Shown here one piece after another: positions 19,836 to 27,848 of a stretch of DNA of 51,414 nt. The translations under genes and the position numbers were made by a program. A model generated the notes under the pieces. It did not search any database, was not told the origin of the DNA, and worked only from the letters and a program-made list of their open reading frames with translations. This DNA is from Gammaproteobacteria bacterium (GTDB lineage: Bacteria; Pseudomonadota; Gammaproteobacteria; Natronospirales; REEB76). How positions within the stretch are numbered: position 1 is the first letter of the stretch; every line of letters begins with the position of its first letter. The DNA lies in NCBI GenBank assembly GCA_050739335.1, contig JBOIBB010000024.1, positions 1 through 51,414 of the forward strand, written 5' to 3'.

Positions 19836-21005
19836 CTACCGGCGCGGGGTCTCGACCTTGCCGGTGAAGCGCGGGGTCTGAGGGCGCGCCTGGCTATCTA
19901 CGAACGCCGCTACATCCCAGGCCTGCTGATTGCTCAGCAGGCCAGCCGCGCCGTAGGGCATGTTGGTCCCGATGAAGGCGGCGGCTGTGCTGATCCGCGC
20001 CATGCCCGCGCCCCGGTTGAAAGACCGCGGGCCCCAGAGCGGCGGGAATACCTGGGTGTCGCCCGACTTGCGGCCCGCGCCGTTTGCCGCGTGACACATG
20101 GCGCAATCCTGTGCGTAAATTACCGCGCCGCGTTTGATGCTATAGGGCTTGAGCGGCGCCGGAAGCGGAGGATAGCCCGCCCCTTTGGGTTCGATGCCCA
20201 CCGGCAATCCGGTTGCGAGCCAGCGGAAATAGGTCACCAGTGCCACCATCGTGTCACTGTCGGCGGCCGGCGGCTTGCCGTTCATGCTGAAACGAAAGCA
20301 ATCTTGGATGCGCTCGATGAGCGTGTTGACCTTGCGGTTCTCGCTACGGTACTTCGGGTACGAGACGTACGCCGCCCACATGGGCGCCGATCCGGCACGG
20401 CCGCGGTCGAGATGACAACTGGAGCAATTCAGCGCAGCGCCGACATACGGCTTTGAGTAGCGTTGTGTGTTCACAAAGATCAAGCGCCCGCGCCAGATGG
20501 TGTCGCCCTGCGGGCCCAAGGGAATTGCTGACTCGGGAGGCGGCCGGAAGTGGTCGGGAGCCTGTGGCTCGAATAGGTATCCAGACTCGTGCGCTGGCCG
20601 CTGTGCCGTGAGCCCTGTGCCCGGGGCAATCCCGGCGATGTAAGCGCTGATCAACTCGAGGTCTGGAGCGCTCAAGCCACGGCTCACGTGCCACATGATC
20701 GCGCCGGCAACCGCGGATGGCGGCCGTATTCCGTCGCGGAAACTTCGCAGGAGCTTGCGCATCGCTCTGGCCGACTGGCCGGCGAGCGGCGGAATCGTGG
20801 GCGCGACACCCAATAGGTTCGGCGCATAGCAATCGGTGCAGGCCGGGACGCCGTGATTCCAATCACCTTCCGTGAGGAGTCCCCGAGCCCGGACTTGCTC
20901 GGCAGCCGACAAGATCGTGGCGACAGGTGTACCACCGTGCGCTGCCGACAAGGCGACGCTTGCGGCGAGCATGAACCATGTCCACCGGACGGTGATGCGG
21001 GTCAT
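19836..21005 (-). CDS. Periplasmic c-type cytochrome, TsdA-like thiosulfate dehydrogenase core with an extra N-terminal class-I cytochrome-like domain
   Basis: 389 aa with a signal peptide (…LSA|AH). Two CxxCH motifs (CSSCH, CAMCH) are set in TsdA/SoxA-like context (RIQDCFRFSMNG, PLWGPRSFNRGAGMARI…NMPYG). The N-terminal approximately 110 aa resemble cytochrome c4/c553 (PPLAGQ…LRSFRDGIRPP) but carry CTDCY instead of CxxCH. Confidence 0.7.
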   Translation of the reverse strand: MTRITVRWTWFMLAASVALSAAHGGTPVATILSAAEQVRARGLLTEGDWNHGVPACTDCYAPNLLGVAPTIPPLAGQSARAMRKLLRSFRDGIRPPSAVAGAIMWHVSRGLSAPDLELISAYIAGIAPGTGLTAQRPAHESGYLFEPQAPDHFRPPPESAIPLGPQGDTIWRGRLIFVNTQRYSKPYVGAALNCSSCHLDRGRAGSAPMWAAYVSYPKYRSENRKVNTLIERIQDCFRFSMNGKPPAADSDTMVALVTYFRWLATGLPVGIEPKGAGYPPLPAPLKPYSIKRGAVIYAQDCAMCHAANGAGRKSGDTQVFPPLWGPRSFNRGAGMARISTAAAFIGTNMPYGAAGLLSNQQAWDVAAFVDSQARPQTPRFTGKVETPRR

Positions 21006-21023
21006 GGCCTCTGCCCGCGTACT

Positions 21024-21575
21024 TCAGAGTTGCATGAGCGCGTAACCCTCGTGCTGCAGGATCACGATGGTGGAGAGTCCGGAAAGCGCGACTTTTACGC
21101 GCGGGTCAATCGAGCTGTAGTCTTCGTTCCAGCCGGCCACAGCTTGACCGCAGACCGCGATTTGCACACCCGCCGCTTCGAGTTCGCTGATTACCTTGAG
21201 ATTGGGGTTGTCGATGTGAAACTGTTTGCGGTACTGCGCATTGTCGAGCACGGCCGGCACCGCGCCGCGTACGATTACCACGAATTGGAGGTGCTGCGGA
21301 GGCACTCCGGCCGAGTCGAACACGTTGACGGCCATAGCCACGTGTTCGAAGCCGCTGTTGATCTGTGAGGGATCCTTGGCGTTATGGTCGATGACGAAGA
21401 GCGCCTTGTAGGTTGCGGTCTTGTCGGGCTGGAACGCGGCGCTGGGCAAGGGATGCATGCCGCCCGCGTCCTTGATCACCGGGTTTTGCCAGAAACCTGC
21501 GGGGTGCGTGGCGAATGCGCCGGGAGCGGCTAAAACTCCGATTAAAGCGGCGCATAATAATGTCTGTCTGAGCAT
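21024..21575 (-). CDS. Exported DsrE/DsrF-like (COG1416-type) protein
   Basis: 183 aa with a signal peptide (…PGAFA|THP). It shows the DsrE-like pattern: YKALFVIDHN…, VQIAVCGQAV, and a C-terminal LSGLSTIVILQHEGYALMQL. It lies 18 nt upstream of the cytochrome gene on the same strand. Confidence 0.65.
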   Translation of the reverse strand: MLRQTLLCAALIGVLAAPGAFATHPAGFWQNPVIKDAGGMHPLPSAAFQPDKTATYKALFVIDHNAKDPSQINSGFEHVAMAVNVFDSAGVPPQHLQFVVIVRGAVPAVLDNAQYRKQFHIDNPNLKVISELEAAGVQIAVCGQAVAGWNEDYSSIDPRVKVALSGLSTIVILQHEGYALMQL

Positions 21576-21706
21576 GCTGGCTTCTCCAGTGTGGCGGGAC
21601 CTATGAGGCAGCGGCTGCCGGGATGTCCGGCGGCGTGGGCCAGATCATAATGCGTGCCACTGGCGGGCGCAGCCCCCCAGCTGGTTCGTCACCCGGAGTG
21701 CAAGGC

Positions 21707-22513
21707 ATGAAGATATGGCGAGTGCGCGCGTGGTTGCCGGGGATGCTGGGCCTGCTCTGCACAGCGAGCGCCGCTTGGGCCGGTCTGCCGCGCGACGGGA
21801 CCGCGCCGCCAGCCCTTGAGATCCACAGTACGCGGGTGCAATACGCCGAGATCGATGGACGTGCCGTATACGGCTATCTCAGTACTCCCGCGGATGGGCA
21901 AAAGGCTGCGGCGGGGGTCTTGCTTATTCACGCCTGGTGGGGACTCGACCGGCACATGCGCGCCGAGACTAAGCGGCTTGCGCGCCTTGGATATGCGGCG
22001 CTTGCCGTAGATCTATTCCGTGGCCAAGTCACCCGCGAACGGCCGGTGGCGGCGCGGCTCGCCGATATTGCGGACTCCGATGCGGGCGACCGGCTTGCCA
22101 ACCTCGAGCAGGCCGTGAACTACCTCAGCAAGCGGCGGCAGGCCACCCGCATCGGCGTCGTCGGCTGGTCGATGGGCGGGCGCTGGGCACTCAAGCTCGC
22201 GAGCGATCTGCCGCAGGCGATCGACGCACTGGCGATTTTCTATGCACCGCCCTACACCGAACCCTCGCAACTCGCCCCGCTGCGCATGCCGGTGTTGGCA
22301 TTTTTTGGCGGCCGCGATCCGTTTGTGCCCGAACAGGTGGTCGCCAAATTCCAGTGGGCCGCGGGGCTCGCGAGCACCCGCGCGGACATTCATGTTTATC
22401 CGGATGCCCAAGCGGATTTCGACAACCCCGAATCCACGGCCTACAACCAAGCGGATGCGCGTGATGCCGAGCGTCAGTTGGATGAATTTCTTGCCGAGCA
22501 TTTGCAGCACTGA
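21707..22513 (+). CDS. Secreted dienelactone-hydrolase-family alpha/beta hydrolase
   Basis: Start is taken at MKIWRVRAWLPGMLGLLCTASAAWA| (signal peptide). VLLIHAWWGL…, the nucleophile elbow GVVGWSMGG and a C-terminal His region fit the family. Confidence 0.8.
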   Translation: MKIWRVRAWLPGMLGLLCTASAAWAGLPRDGTAPPALEIHSTRVQYAEIDGRAVYGYLSTPADGQKAAAGVLLIHAWWGLDRHMRAETKRLARLGYAALAVDLFRGQVTRERPVAARLADIADSDAGDRLANLEQAVNYLSKRRQATRIGVVGWSMGGRWALKLASDLPQAIDALAIFYAPPYTEPSQLAPLRMPVLAFFGGRDPFVPEQVVAKFQWAAGLASTRADIHVYPDAQADFDNPESTAYNQADARDAERQLDEFLAEHLQH

Positions 22514-22580
22514 ACCGGTTTGCGCGGACAGGCGATATGGCGCCGCGTGGGGCTGCGTGTCGGATGCGGGGCGCGGTTAG

Positions 22581-23714
22581 ATGCCAAGTAGTGCGGGCTC
22601 CGACCTGCCGGCGTTTAAGGTGCGGCGTGACAACGGCGCCGTCAAGCTTGAACTCAGCGGCCAGTGGACGCTGCAAGGTCTCGCACGCCGTGCGCATGCG
22701 CTCACGCGCGCTCTCAAGCCCTACGCGCGTGACCCGGAAGTGTATTGGGATCTGACCGGAATCGAGTCGATGGACAGCGTCGGGGCATTCGTGCTTTGGC
22801 AGATCGGTGACTGGCAACAGCCTCCACATCTCGAGTTGCAGCCTGCGCAGGCGGCTCTGTTCCGGCGTTGGGCCGAACGGCGGGTCGACGATGCGCAAGC
22901 GGTGCGGCCACGCATGCACACGCTCGCGGATGGGCTTGCCGAAGCCACGCTCACCACCAGCGCGCATGTCGTTGCTTTTGTCGGGCTCATCGGGCAGTTC
23001 ACCCTCGACCTGGGGTTCCTGCTCGCCCATCCGGCGCGCATTCCCTGGAAGGAAATCTCCGCGACCGTCTACAACTCCGGGGTGCGTGCCGTCGGGGTGA
23101 TGACCATCATCGGCCTGCTGATCGGGGTGGTGTTCAGCTATATGGGCGGCTTGTCGCTGCAAACCTATGGGGCACAAGGCTTCATCGTCACGATTCTTGG
23201 CCTGAGCGTAGTGCGTCACCTGAGCCCGGTGTTTGCTGGACTGCTCGTGGCCGGACGTTCGGGCTCGGCGATGACCGCAGAACTTGGTTTGATGCGAGTT
23301 ACCCAGGAGCTGGATGCGCTGGCCGCCATGGGAACTTCGTACAGCCTGCGTCTGGTGTTGCCCAAAATCGTTGCGCTCACATTCACGCTGCCGCTGCTCG
23401 CCGTCTGGACTGACGTGGTGGCGCTCGCGGGTGGTGGCTGGGCCGCGCACAGTGCGTTTGGTGTGAGCTATGCGCATTTCATCGACAGCCTGCCGAAGGT
23501 GGTCACACCCTTGAGTTTCTGGCTGAGCATGGGCAAGAGCGCGGTGTTTGGTGGGGTGATTGCGTTGATTGCTTGTGGCTATGGACTGCGGGTGAAGCCC
23601 AACACCGAGAGCCTCAGCGCCGAGACCACGGCCGCGGTGGTAAGCAGCATCACCGTGGTGATCGTGCTCGACGGCATTTTTGCCGTGCTATTCCAGCACG
23701 CAGGCTTGCAATGA
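22581..23714 (+). CDS. MlaE-family ABC permease with N-terminal STAS-like domain
   Basis: 377 aa. The N-terminal approximately 110 aa look like an anti-sigma-antagonist (WDLTGIESMDSVGAFVLW), followed by the MlaE core (…RELSPV-like HLSPVFAGLLVAGRSGSAMTAELGLMRVTQELDAL). Confidence 0.85.
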   Translation: MPSSAGSDLPAFKVRRDNGAVKLELSGQWTLQGLARRAHALTRALKPYARDPEVYWDLTGIESMDSVGAFVLWQIGDWQQPPHLELQPAQAALFRRWAERRVDDAQAVRPRMHTLADGLAEATLTTSAHVVAFVGLIGQFTLDLGFLLAHPARIPWKEISATVYNSGVRAVGVMTIIGLLIGVVFSYMGGLSLQTYGAQGFIVTILGLSVVRHLSPVFAGLLVAGRSGSAMTAELGLMRVTQELDALAAMGTSYSLRLVLPKIVALTFTLPLLAVWTDVVALAGGGWAAHSAFGVSYAHFIDSLPKVVTPLSFWLSMGKSAVFGGVIALIACGYGLRVKPNTESLSAETTAAVVSSITVVIVLDGIFAVLFQHAGLQ

Positions 23715-24493
23715 ACGCCGAGTGCGTGGTGCGGCTCGAACACGTCGGCACACGCTTCGGTAGCGAGCGGGTGCACGAGGATATTTCGCTGTGCGTGCCG
23801 CGCGGGCGGATTTTCGGGCTGGTGGGCGGCTCGGGAAGCGGCAAGACCACACTGCTGCGGGAAATGGTCGGACTGTTGCGGCCGAGCACGGGCCGCGTGT
23901 GGCTGTTCGGCGAGGAGCTTGTGCGCCTCGGCAGCGGCGAACTTGCACGCCTGCACCGGCGCTGTGGCGTACTGTTTCAGAGCGGTGCGCTGTTCAGTGC
24001 GCTCAATGTGTTCGACAACATCGCGTTTCCGCTGCGCGAAGCGCGTATGCTGGACGAGGATCTGATTCGCCAGCTGGTATACATGAAGCTTGCCATGGTG
24101 GATTTGGACCCGGAAGTCGCGGCGCGCTTACCGGCCGAGCTCTCGGGCGGCATGGTGAAACGCGTGGCTCTGGCGCGAGCGCTGGCACTCGAACCGGAAC
24201 TGCTGTTTCTCGACGAGCCCGCGACCGGGCTCGATCCGATTACTACACGGGATTTTGTCGAGCTGTTGTCGGAGCTGCACCTTGAATTGGGCTTCAGCGT
24301 GGTGATGGTGACGCACGATTTGAAGGTGATGCGCGACTTGTGCGACCTGATCGCGGTGCTCGATACCGGGCGCCTGGTCGGCTCAGGCACGCTCGCGGAG
24401 TTGTTGCAGTCGCCGGAGCCGTACGTGCGCCGCTTTTTGCATGGCGTAAGCCCGCGCGCGCTTACGGTAGTGGAATCCGGAGTGCGGCCGTGA
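23711..24493 (+). CDS. MlaF-like ABC transporter ATP-binding protein
   Basis: Start MNAECVV… overlaps the permease stop (ATGA). It has Walker A GGSGSGKTT, signature LSGGMVKRVALARAL and Walker B LLFLDEP. The longer track ORF from 23573 is rejected. Confidence 0.9.
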   Translation: MNAECVVRLEHVGTRFGSERVHEDISLCVPRGRIFGLVGGSGSGKTTLLREMVGLLRPSTGRVWLFGEELVRLGSGELARLHRRCGVLFQSGALFSALNVFDNIAFPLREARMLDEDLIRQLVYMKLAMVDLDPEVAARLPAELSGGMVKRVALARALALEPELLFLDEPATGLDPITTRDFVELLSELHLELGFSVVMVTHDLKVMRDLCDLIAVLDTGRLVGSGTLAELLQSPEPYVRRFLHGVSPRALTVVESGVRP

Positions 24494-25386
24494 ACAACCG
24501 CGCGTACGCGCTCGCGACCGGAATTTTCGTGTTACTGCTTGGTACTGCGGTAATTGTCGCCGCAGTTTGGCTCGGCGGCACGCGCCGCGCGAGCGAACCC
24601 TATGTCGTGGTGACCACCGGCAGTGTCGCGGGGCTGGTGCCTCACTCCACGATATTTTTTCGTGGTATCACTGCGGGGCACGTAACCAGCATCCGCTTTG
24701 ATCCCGCCGATCCGCGCAAGATTTTGATTGGTATCGATGTCGATCGGGGTACGCCGGTGACGCGCGACACCTACGCCGTCCTCGGCCTGCAGGGTCTGAC
24801 CGGCGCCTCGCAGCTCGACCTCGAAACGACGGGCAGCAGTACCGAACTCTTGCCGACTTCGGCGCGCGCGCCGGCAGAGATTGCGCTGCGGCCTTCGTTG
24901 CTCGGCAAGTTGAGTGACGCCGCACCTGAGCTCATGCAGCAACTGCAACAGATCGCCAGCGCGCTCAATGCCTTGCTGGATGCCGGCAACCGCGCGCATG
25001 TGGCCAAGTTGATTGCGCAGGCGGATCAGGCAAGCGCGGGGCTCGTGAAGCTCGAGGCGGATCTGGATGCGGAAGCACGGCGCCTGCCGCCGCTCACGGC
25101 GCATCTGCAGACAACGCTCGGGCAGGTGGATGCACTGGCGGCAAGCCTTGGCCGGCTCAGCAGCGAAACGGCCGAACTTGCGCGTACCGGACGCGACGCC
25201 GGGCACACCTTGAATGCCCAGACTTTGCCGCGGCTGGATGTGGCACTGCAGCAGATTTCTGCGGCGGCTGCGGAGCTGCGCCGCCTGTCTGCGAGTCTGC
25301 GCGCGAATCCCCAACAACTGCTCTCGGGGCGCGAGCGCCCCGCGCCCGGTCCCGGCGAGCCTGGTTACAAGGGTGGATCAGAATGA
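24490..25386 (+). CDS. MlaD/MCE-family substrate-binding protein
   Basis: The GTG start overlaps the ATPase stop. It has an N-terminal TM (YALATGIFVLLLGTAVIVAAVWL), an MCE domain (GLVPHSTIFFRGITAGHVTSI…LQGLTGASQLDLE) and a helical C-terminus. Confidence 0.85.
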   Translation: MNNRAYALATGIFVLLLGTAVIVAAVWLGGTRRASEPYVVVTTGSVAGLVPHSTIFFRGITAGHVTSIRFDPADPRKILIGIDVDRGTPVTRDTYAVLGLQGLTGASQLDLETTGSSTELLPTSARAPAEIALRPSLLGKLSDAAPELMQQLQQIASALNALLDAGNRAHVAKLIAQADQASAGLVKLEADLDAEARRLPPLTAHLQTTLGQVDALAASLGRLSSETAELARTGRDAGHTLNAQTLPRLDVALQQISAAAAELRRLSASLRANPQQLLSGRERPAPGPGEPGYKGGSE

Positions 25387-25985
25387 AGATCGCGATCGCG
25401 CTTGGCTTCGGTGTGTGTCTGGTGCTCGGAGGCTGCAGTCTGTTCCCCAAGCCGGCACCGCCGCCTGCGCGGCATGACTTCGGCGTGCCACCGATGCGCG
25501 CGCCGGTGACGGTGGAGTTCACGGTACTCACGAACGTGACGGCGCCGCCCTGGCTCGACGACACTGAGATTCATTATCGTCTGGACTATGTGGATGCGAC
25601 GCAGGTGCGCGCCTATGCCGATAACCGCTGGGTCGCGCCCCCCGCGGTGCTGCTCGAGTCGCGTCTGCTGGCGTCGTTCGGCGATACCGACACGCGCGTG
25701 CCGGGGCCCGCCTACCGTCTGAGTGTGCGGCTCCTCGACTTCGAGCAGGAATTCAGCGCGCCGCAGGCCGCGGGCACGCGGCTACGTGTGCTCGCCGAGT
25801 TGCGGGATGCCGGCAACGGCGCGACGGTGGCGCGCCATGTGTTCAGTGTGAGTCAGAGCGGTGCGCCCGACGCGCAGGGTGCGGTACAAGGCGCGGCTGG
25901 GGCCATGCAGACCCTGGTCGGTGATCTGCAGCGTTGGGTGCAGGCCCATGTTGCATCCGCTAATGCGAGATCTGCTGCCGCCTGA
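25383..25985 (+). CDS. ABC-type transport auxiliary lipoprotein (DUF330 / PqiC-YmbA-like)
   Basis: 200 aa with the lipobox LVLGGC|S. It is the last gene of the permease-ATPase-MCE-lipoprotein cluster and overlaps the MCE gene by 4 nt. Confidence 0.7.
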   Translation: MKIAIALGFGVCLVLGGCSLFPKPAPPPARHDFGVPPMRAPVTVEFTVLTNVTAPPWLDDTEIHYRLDYVDATQVRAYADNRWVAPPAVLLESRLLASFGDTDTRVPGPAYRLSVRLLDFEQEFSAPQAAGTRLRVLAELRDAGNGATVARHVFSVSQSGAPDAQGAVQGAAGAMQTLVGDLQRWVQAHVASANARSAAA

Positions 25986-25990
25986 ACGAC

Positions 25991-26023
25991 AAAAGCGCCC
26001 GGCTGAGCCTGGCGCTTTTGTGT
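25991..26023. terminator. Rho-independent-type terminator hairpin
   Basis: AAAAGCGCC (25991-25999) pairs with GGCGCTTTT (26011-26019), followed by a G/T-rich run. It lies between convergent genes. A second 9-bp hairpin (26037-26059) overlaps the stop of the minus-strand gene. Confidence 0.6.
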
Positions 26024-26047
26024 GACGCCTTAATAGGTCGGCACCGT

Positions 26048-26743
26048 TCAGGTGCCGACGTTATCCACGCGCTTCAGGCAGGAGAGAATCTGCTGGCCCA
26101 TATCGACCATGCCGTCGACCGAGGTGGAAGGCTTCTGCACGTTCGGGCAGTTGGCCTTTTTGGCGAACGGCAGGAAAGCCTGTGAAGCCACGAGATCACG
26201 TGCCCGGTCTAGCCAGGTTTCAGCGGTGGCCAACGCGGCCTCGTAGGCTTTGTCGGCGTCCTTTACCTGGTCCGGTGAGCTTTTGACTTCGGCGTTGTAG
26301 GCGTTGGCCTTGGCTATGAAGGCCGTCTGGCGCGTCTTGAGCTGGTCCGGCTCCGTGTTCACTGAATTGATGTCATCGTTGATTTTGGCTCTCAGCGCCG
26401 TGCACTGTTTGTATTCGTCCGGGGTGAGGTGCTGGTCCTTTTTGTCGCATTGCTTCTTGTATTGCGCACTTTCCTCGTTGACCGAGGCCACCTTGTCCTG
26501 GTACGCCTTGATGGCGGCCTGCAGTGACTTTTGTTCCTGTTGGATCTCCTGGCCTTGGGCATCGAGCGCGTGGTTTTTCTGCACGGCCGCGGCGAGTGCG
26601 GATTTCTTTACGCCCAAGTCTCCCAGGGTCGCCTGGCCTTCCTTGATGAGCGAGGGCACCGATTGTGCCGCCCAAGCTTCGGTGAAGGCGCCCGCCAAGC
26701 CAAAGACGAGTGAAATCGTGACGATCCGGACAATGGTCTTCAT
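26048..26743 (-). CDS. Hypothetical secreted coiled-coil protein with four Cys
   Basis: 231 aa with a signal peptide (…EAWA|AQS). It is K/Q/E/A-rich with heptad character and has 4 Cys in two pairs (QCDKK…KQCTAL; ANCPN…LSCLK). A GAGAGG RBS precedes it. I recognise no family. Confidence 0.6.
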   Translation of the reverse strand: MKTIVRIVTISLVFGLAGAFTEAWAAQSVPSLIKEGQATLGDLGVKKSALAAAVQKNHALDAQGQEIQQEQKSLQAAIKAYQDKVASVNEESAQYKKQCDKKDQHLTPDEYKQCTALRAKINDDINSVNTEPDQLKTRQTAFIAKANAYNAEVKSSPDQVKDADKAYEAALATAETWLDRARDLVASQAFLPFAKKANCPNVQKPSTSVDGMVDMGQQILSCLKRVDNVGT

Positions 26744-26776
26744 GCGAACCTCTCAGCAATGTGGCCAAACATGTCA

Positions 26777-26809
26777 ATTGTATGGGCTGCGCCCATGCTT
26801 ACCAAGCAT
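26777..26809 (-). promoter_or_regulatory. Candidate sigma-70 promoter with overlapping palindrome for the hypothetical secreted protein
   Basis: The minus strand reads TTGGTA (26805-26800), a 17-nt spacer, then TACAAT (26782-26777). The inverted repeat ATGCTT-N3-AAGCAT (26795-26809) overlaps the -35 element. Confidence 0.45.
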
Positions 26810-26905
26810 ACCCGTAGCCGGGTTGCGTGTGGAGATCCGGCCGTTTCGGGCTCTCCCTGCAACCCGCAATTTGCGGGCTCGCATAGTATAAAACGCAGCG
26901 AGCCC

Positions 26906-27835
26906 TCATAGGTTGTCAAGCGATCCCCCTGATTGCGGCTCCGTGCTTACGCCGTGGCCGTCGCACGCTGCCAGGCGCCCCAACTGCATGCCGACCCGCA
27001 CGTCCGCTCCGGGCTGTACCACGGAATCCCAGATGACCTGCCCGTGCGCGAACAGCAGAATCACCGTGGAGCCCATGTTGAAGCGCCCGAGCTCCACGCC
27101 TTTCACCAGCGTTATCTGCTGGTTCCGATAGTCCCGAAGCTGCGCGAGCCGCTGGCGACGCGCCACGCCCTCGCTCGCCCACACGGTCTTGATGCTCCCG
27201 ACATTGAGTGCGCCAACGAGCACCAGCGCGAGCGGGCCGGTGGGCGTATCGAACACGGTGACGAGGCGCTCATTGCGCGCAAAGAGGCGCGGCACGCTCG
27301 CGACCGCGGCCGGATTGACACTGAACCGGCGGCCGGGGATATGCCGCGTATACAGCAGGCGCCCGTCCACCGGCATGTGCACTCGATGGTAATCGCGGGG
27401 CGAAAGATAAAGCGTTACGAAGCTGCCGGCCTCGAAGCGCTCCGCGAGTGCGACGTCGCCCAGAAGTTCGCCCGTGGTGAAGCCACGTCCCTTGGCTTGA
27501 AAAATCACATGCTGTTCGATGCCTCCACACTGACTAACGCGGCCATCGGCAGGACTCACGATTTCCTCGGGTGCCGCGGCAATCGGCCGAGCGCCCGGGC
27601 GCAAGGCGCGTGTGAAGAAATCATTGAAACAGCCGTAGCTCTCCGGGTCGGATATCAGGGCGTCACTCAGATCCACATTGAAGCGGCGCATGAAGCTGCG
27701 GATGAGCCAGTTCTTGACGCGCCGCGCGCGCACGCGCGATACGCGCCCGGCCAGGCGCGAGAGCGCATGCTGCGGTATCACGTATTGCCATGCGGATTTC
27801 AGCCAATCGGCAATGCGTACGCCGGTTACGGCCAT
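26906..27835 (-). CDS. psd: Phosphatidylserine decarboxylase proenzyme
   Basis: 309 aa with FFTRALRPGARPI, SPADGRVS, LSPRDYHRVHMP and the self-cleavage site FNMGSTV. Confidence 0.9.
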   Translation of the reverse strand: MAVTGVRIADWLKSAWQYVIPQHALSRLAGRVSRVRARRVKNWLIRSFMRRFNVDLSDALISDPESYGCFNDFFTRALRPGARPIAAAPEEIVSPADGRVSQCGGIEQHVIFQAKGRGFTTGELLGDVALAERFEAGSFVTLYLSPRDYHRVHMPVDGRLLYTRHIPGRRFSVNPAAVASVPRLFARNERLVTVFDTPTGPLALVLVGALNVGSIKTVWASEGVARRQRLAQLRDYRNQQITLVKGVELGRFNMGSTVILLFAHGQVIWDSVVQPGADVRVGMQLGRLAACDGHGVSTEPQSGGSLDNL

Positions 27836-27848
27836 GGCGCGACCGGCT

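Noticed and set aside
22581-25985. The permease(STAS)-ATPase-MCE-lipoprotein cluster as something novel.
   Set aside because: This four-gene Mla/Mce-type organisation (COG0767/1127/1463/3218-like) is a well-known, widespread lipid-transport operon. Nothing unusual is visible in the sequence.
26760-26776. Sigma-54-like TGGCCACATTGC on the minus strand upstream of the hypothetical secreted protein.
   Set aside because: The GG-to-GC spacing is 3 nt too short for a -24/-12 promoter. A sigma-70 TTGGTA-17-TACAAT fits better.
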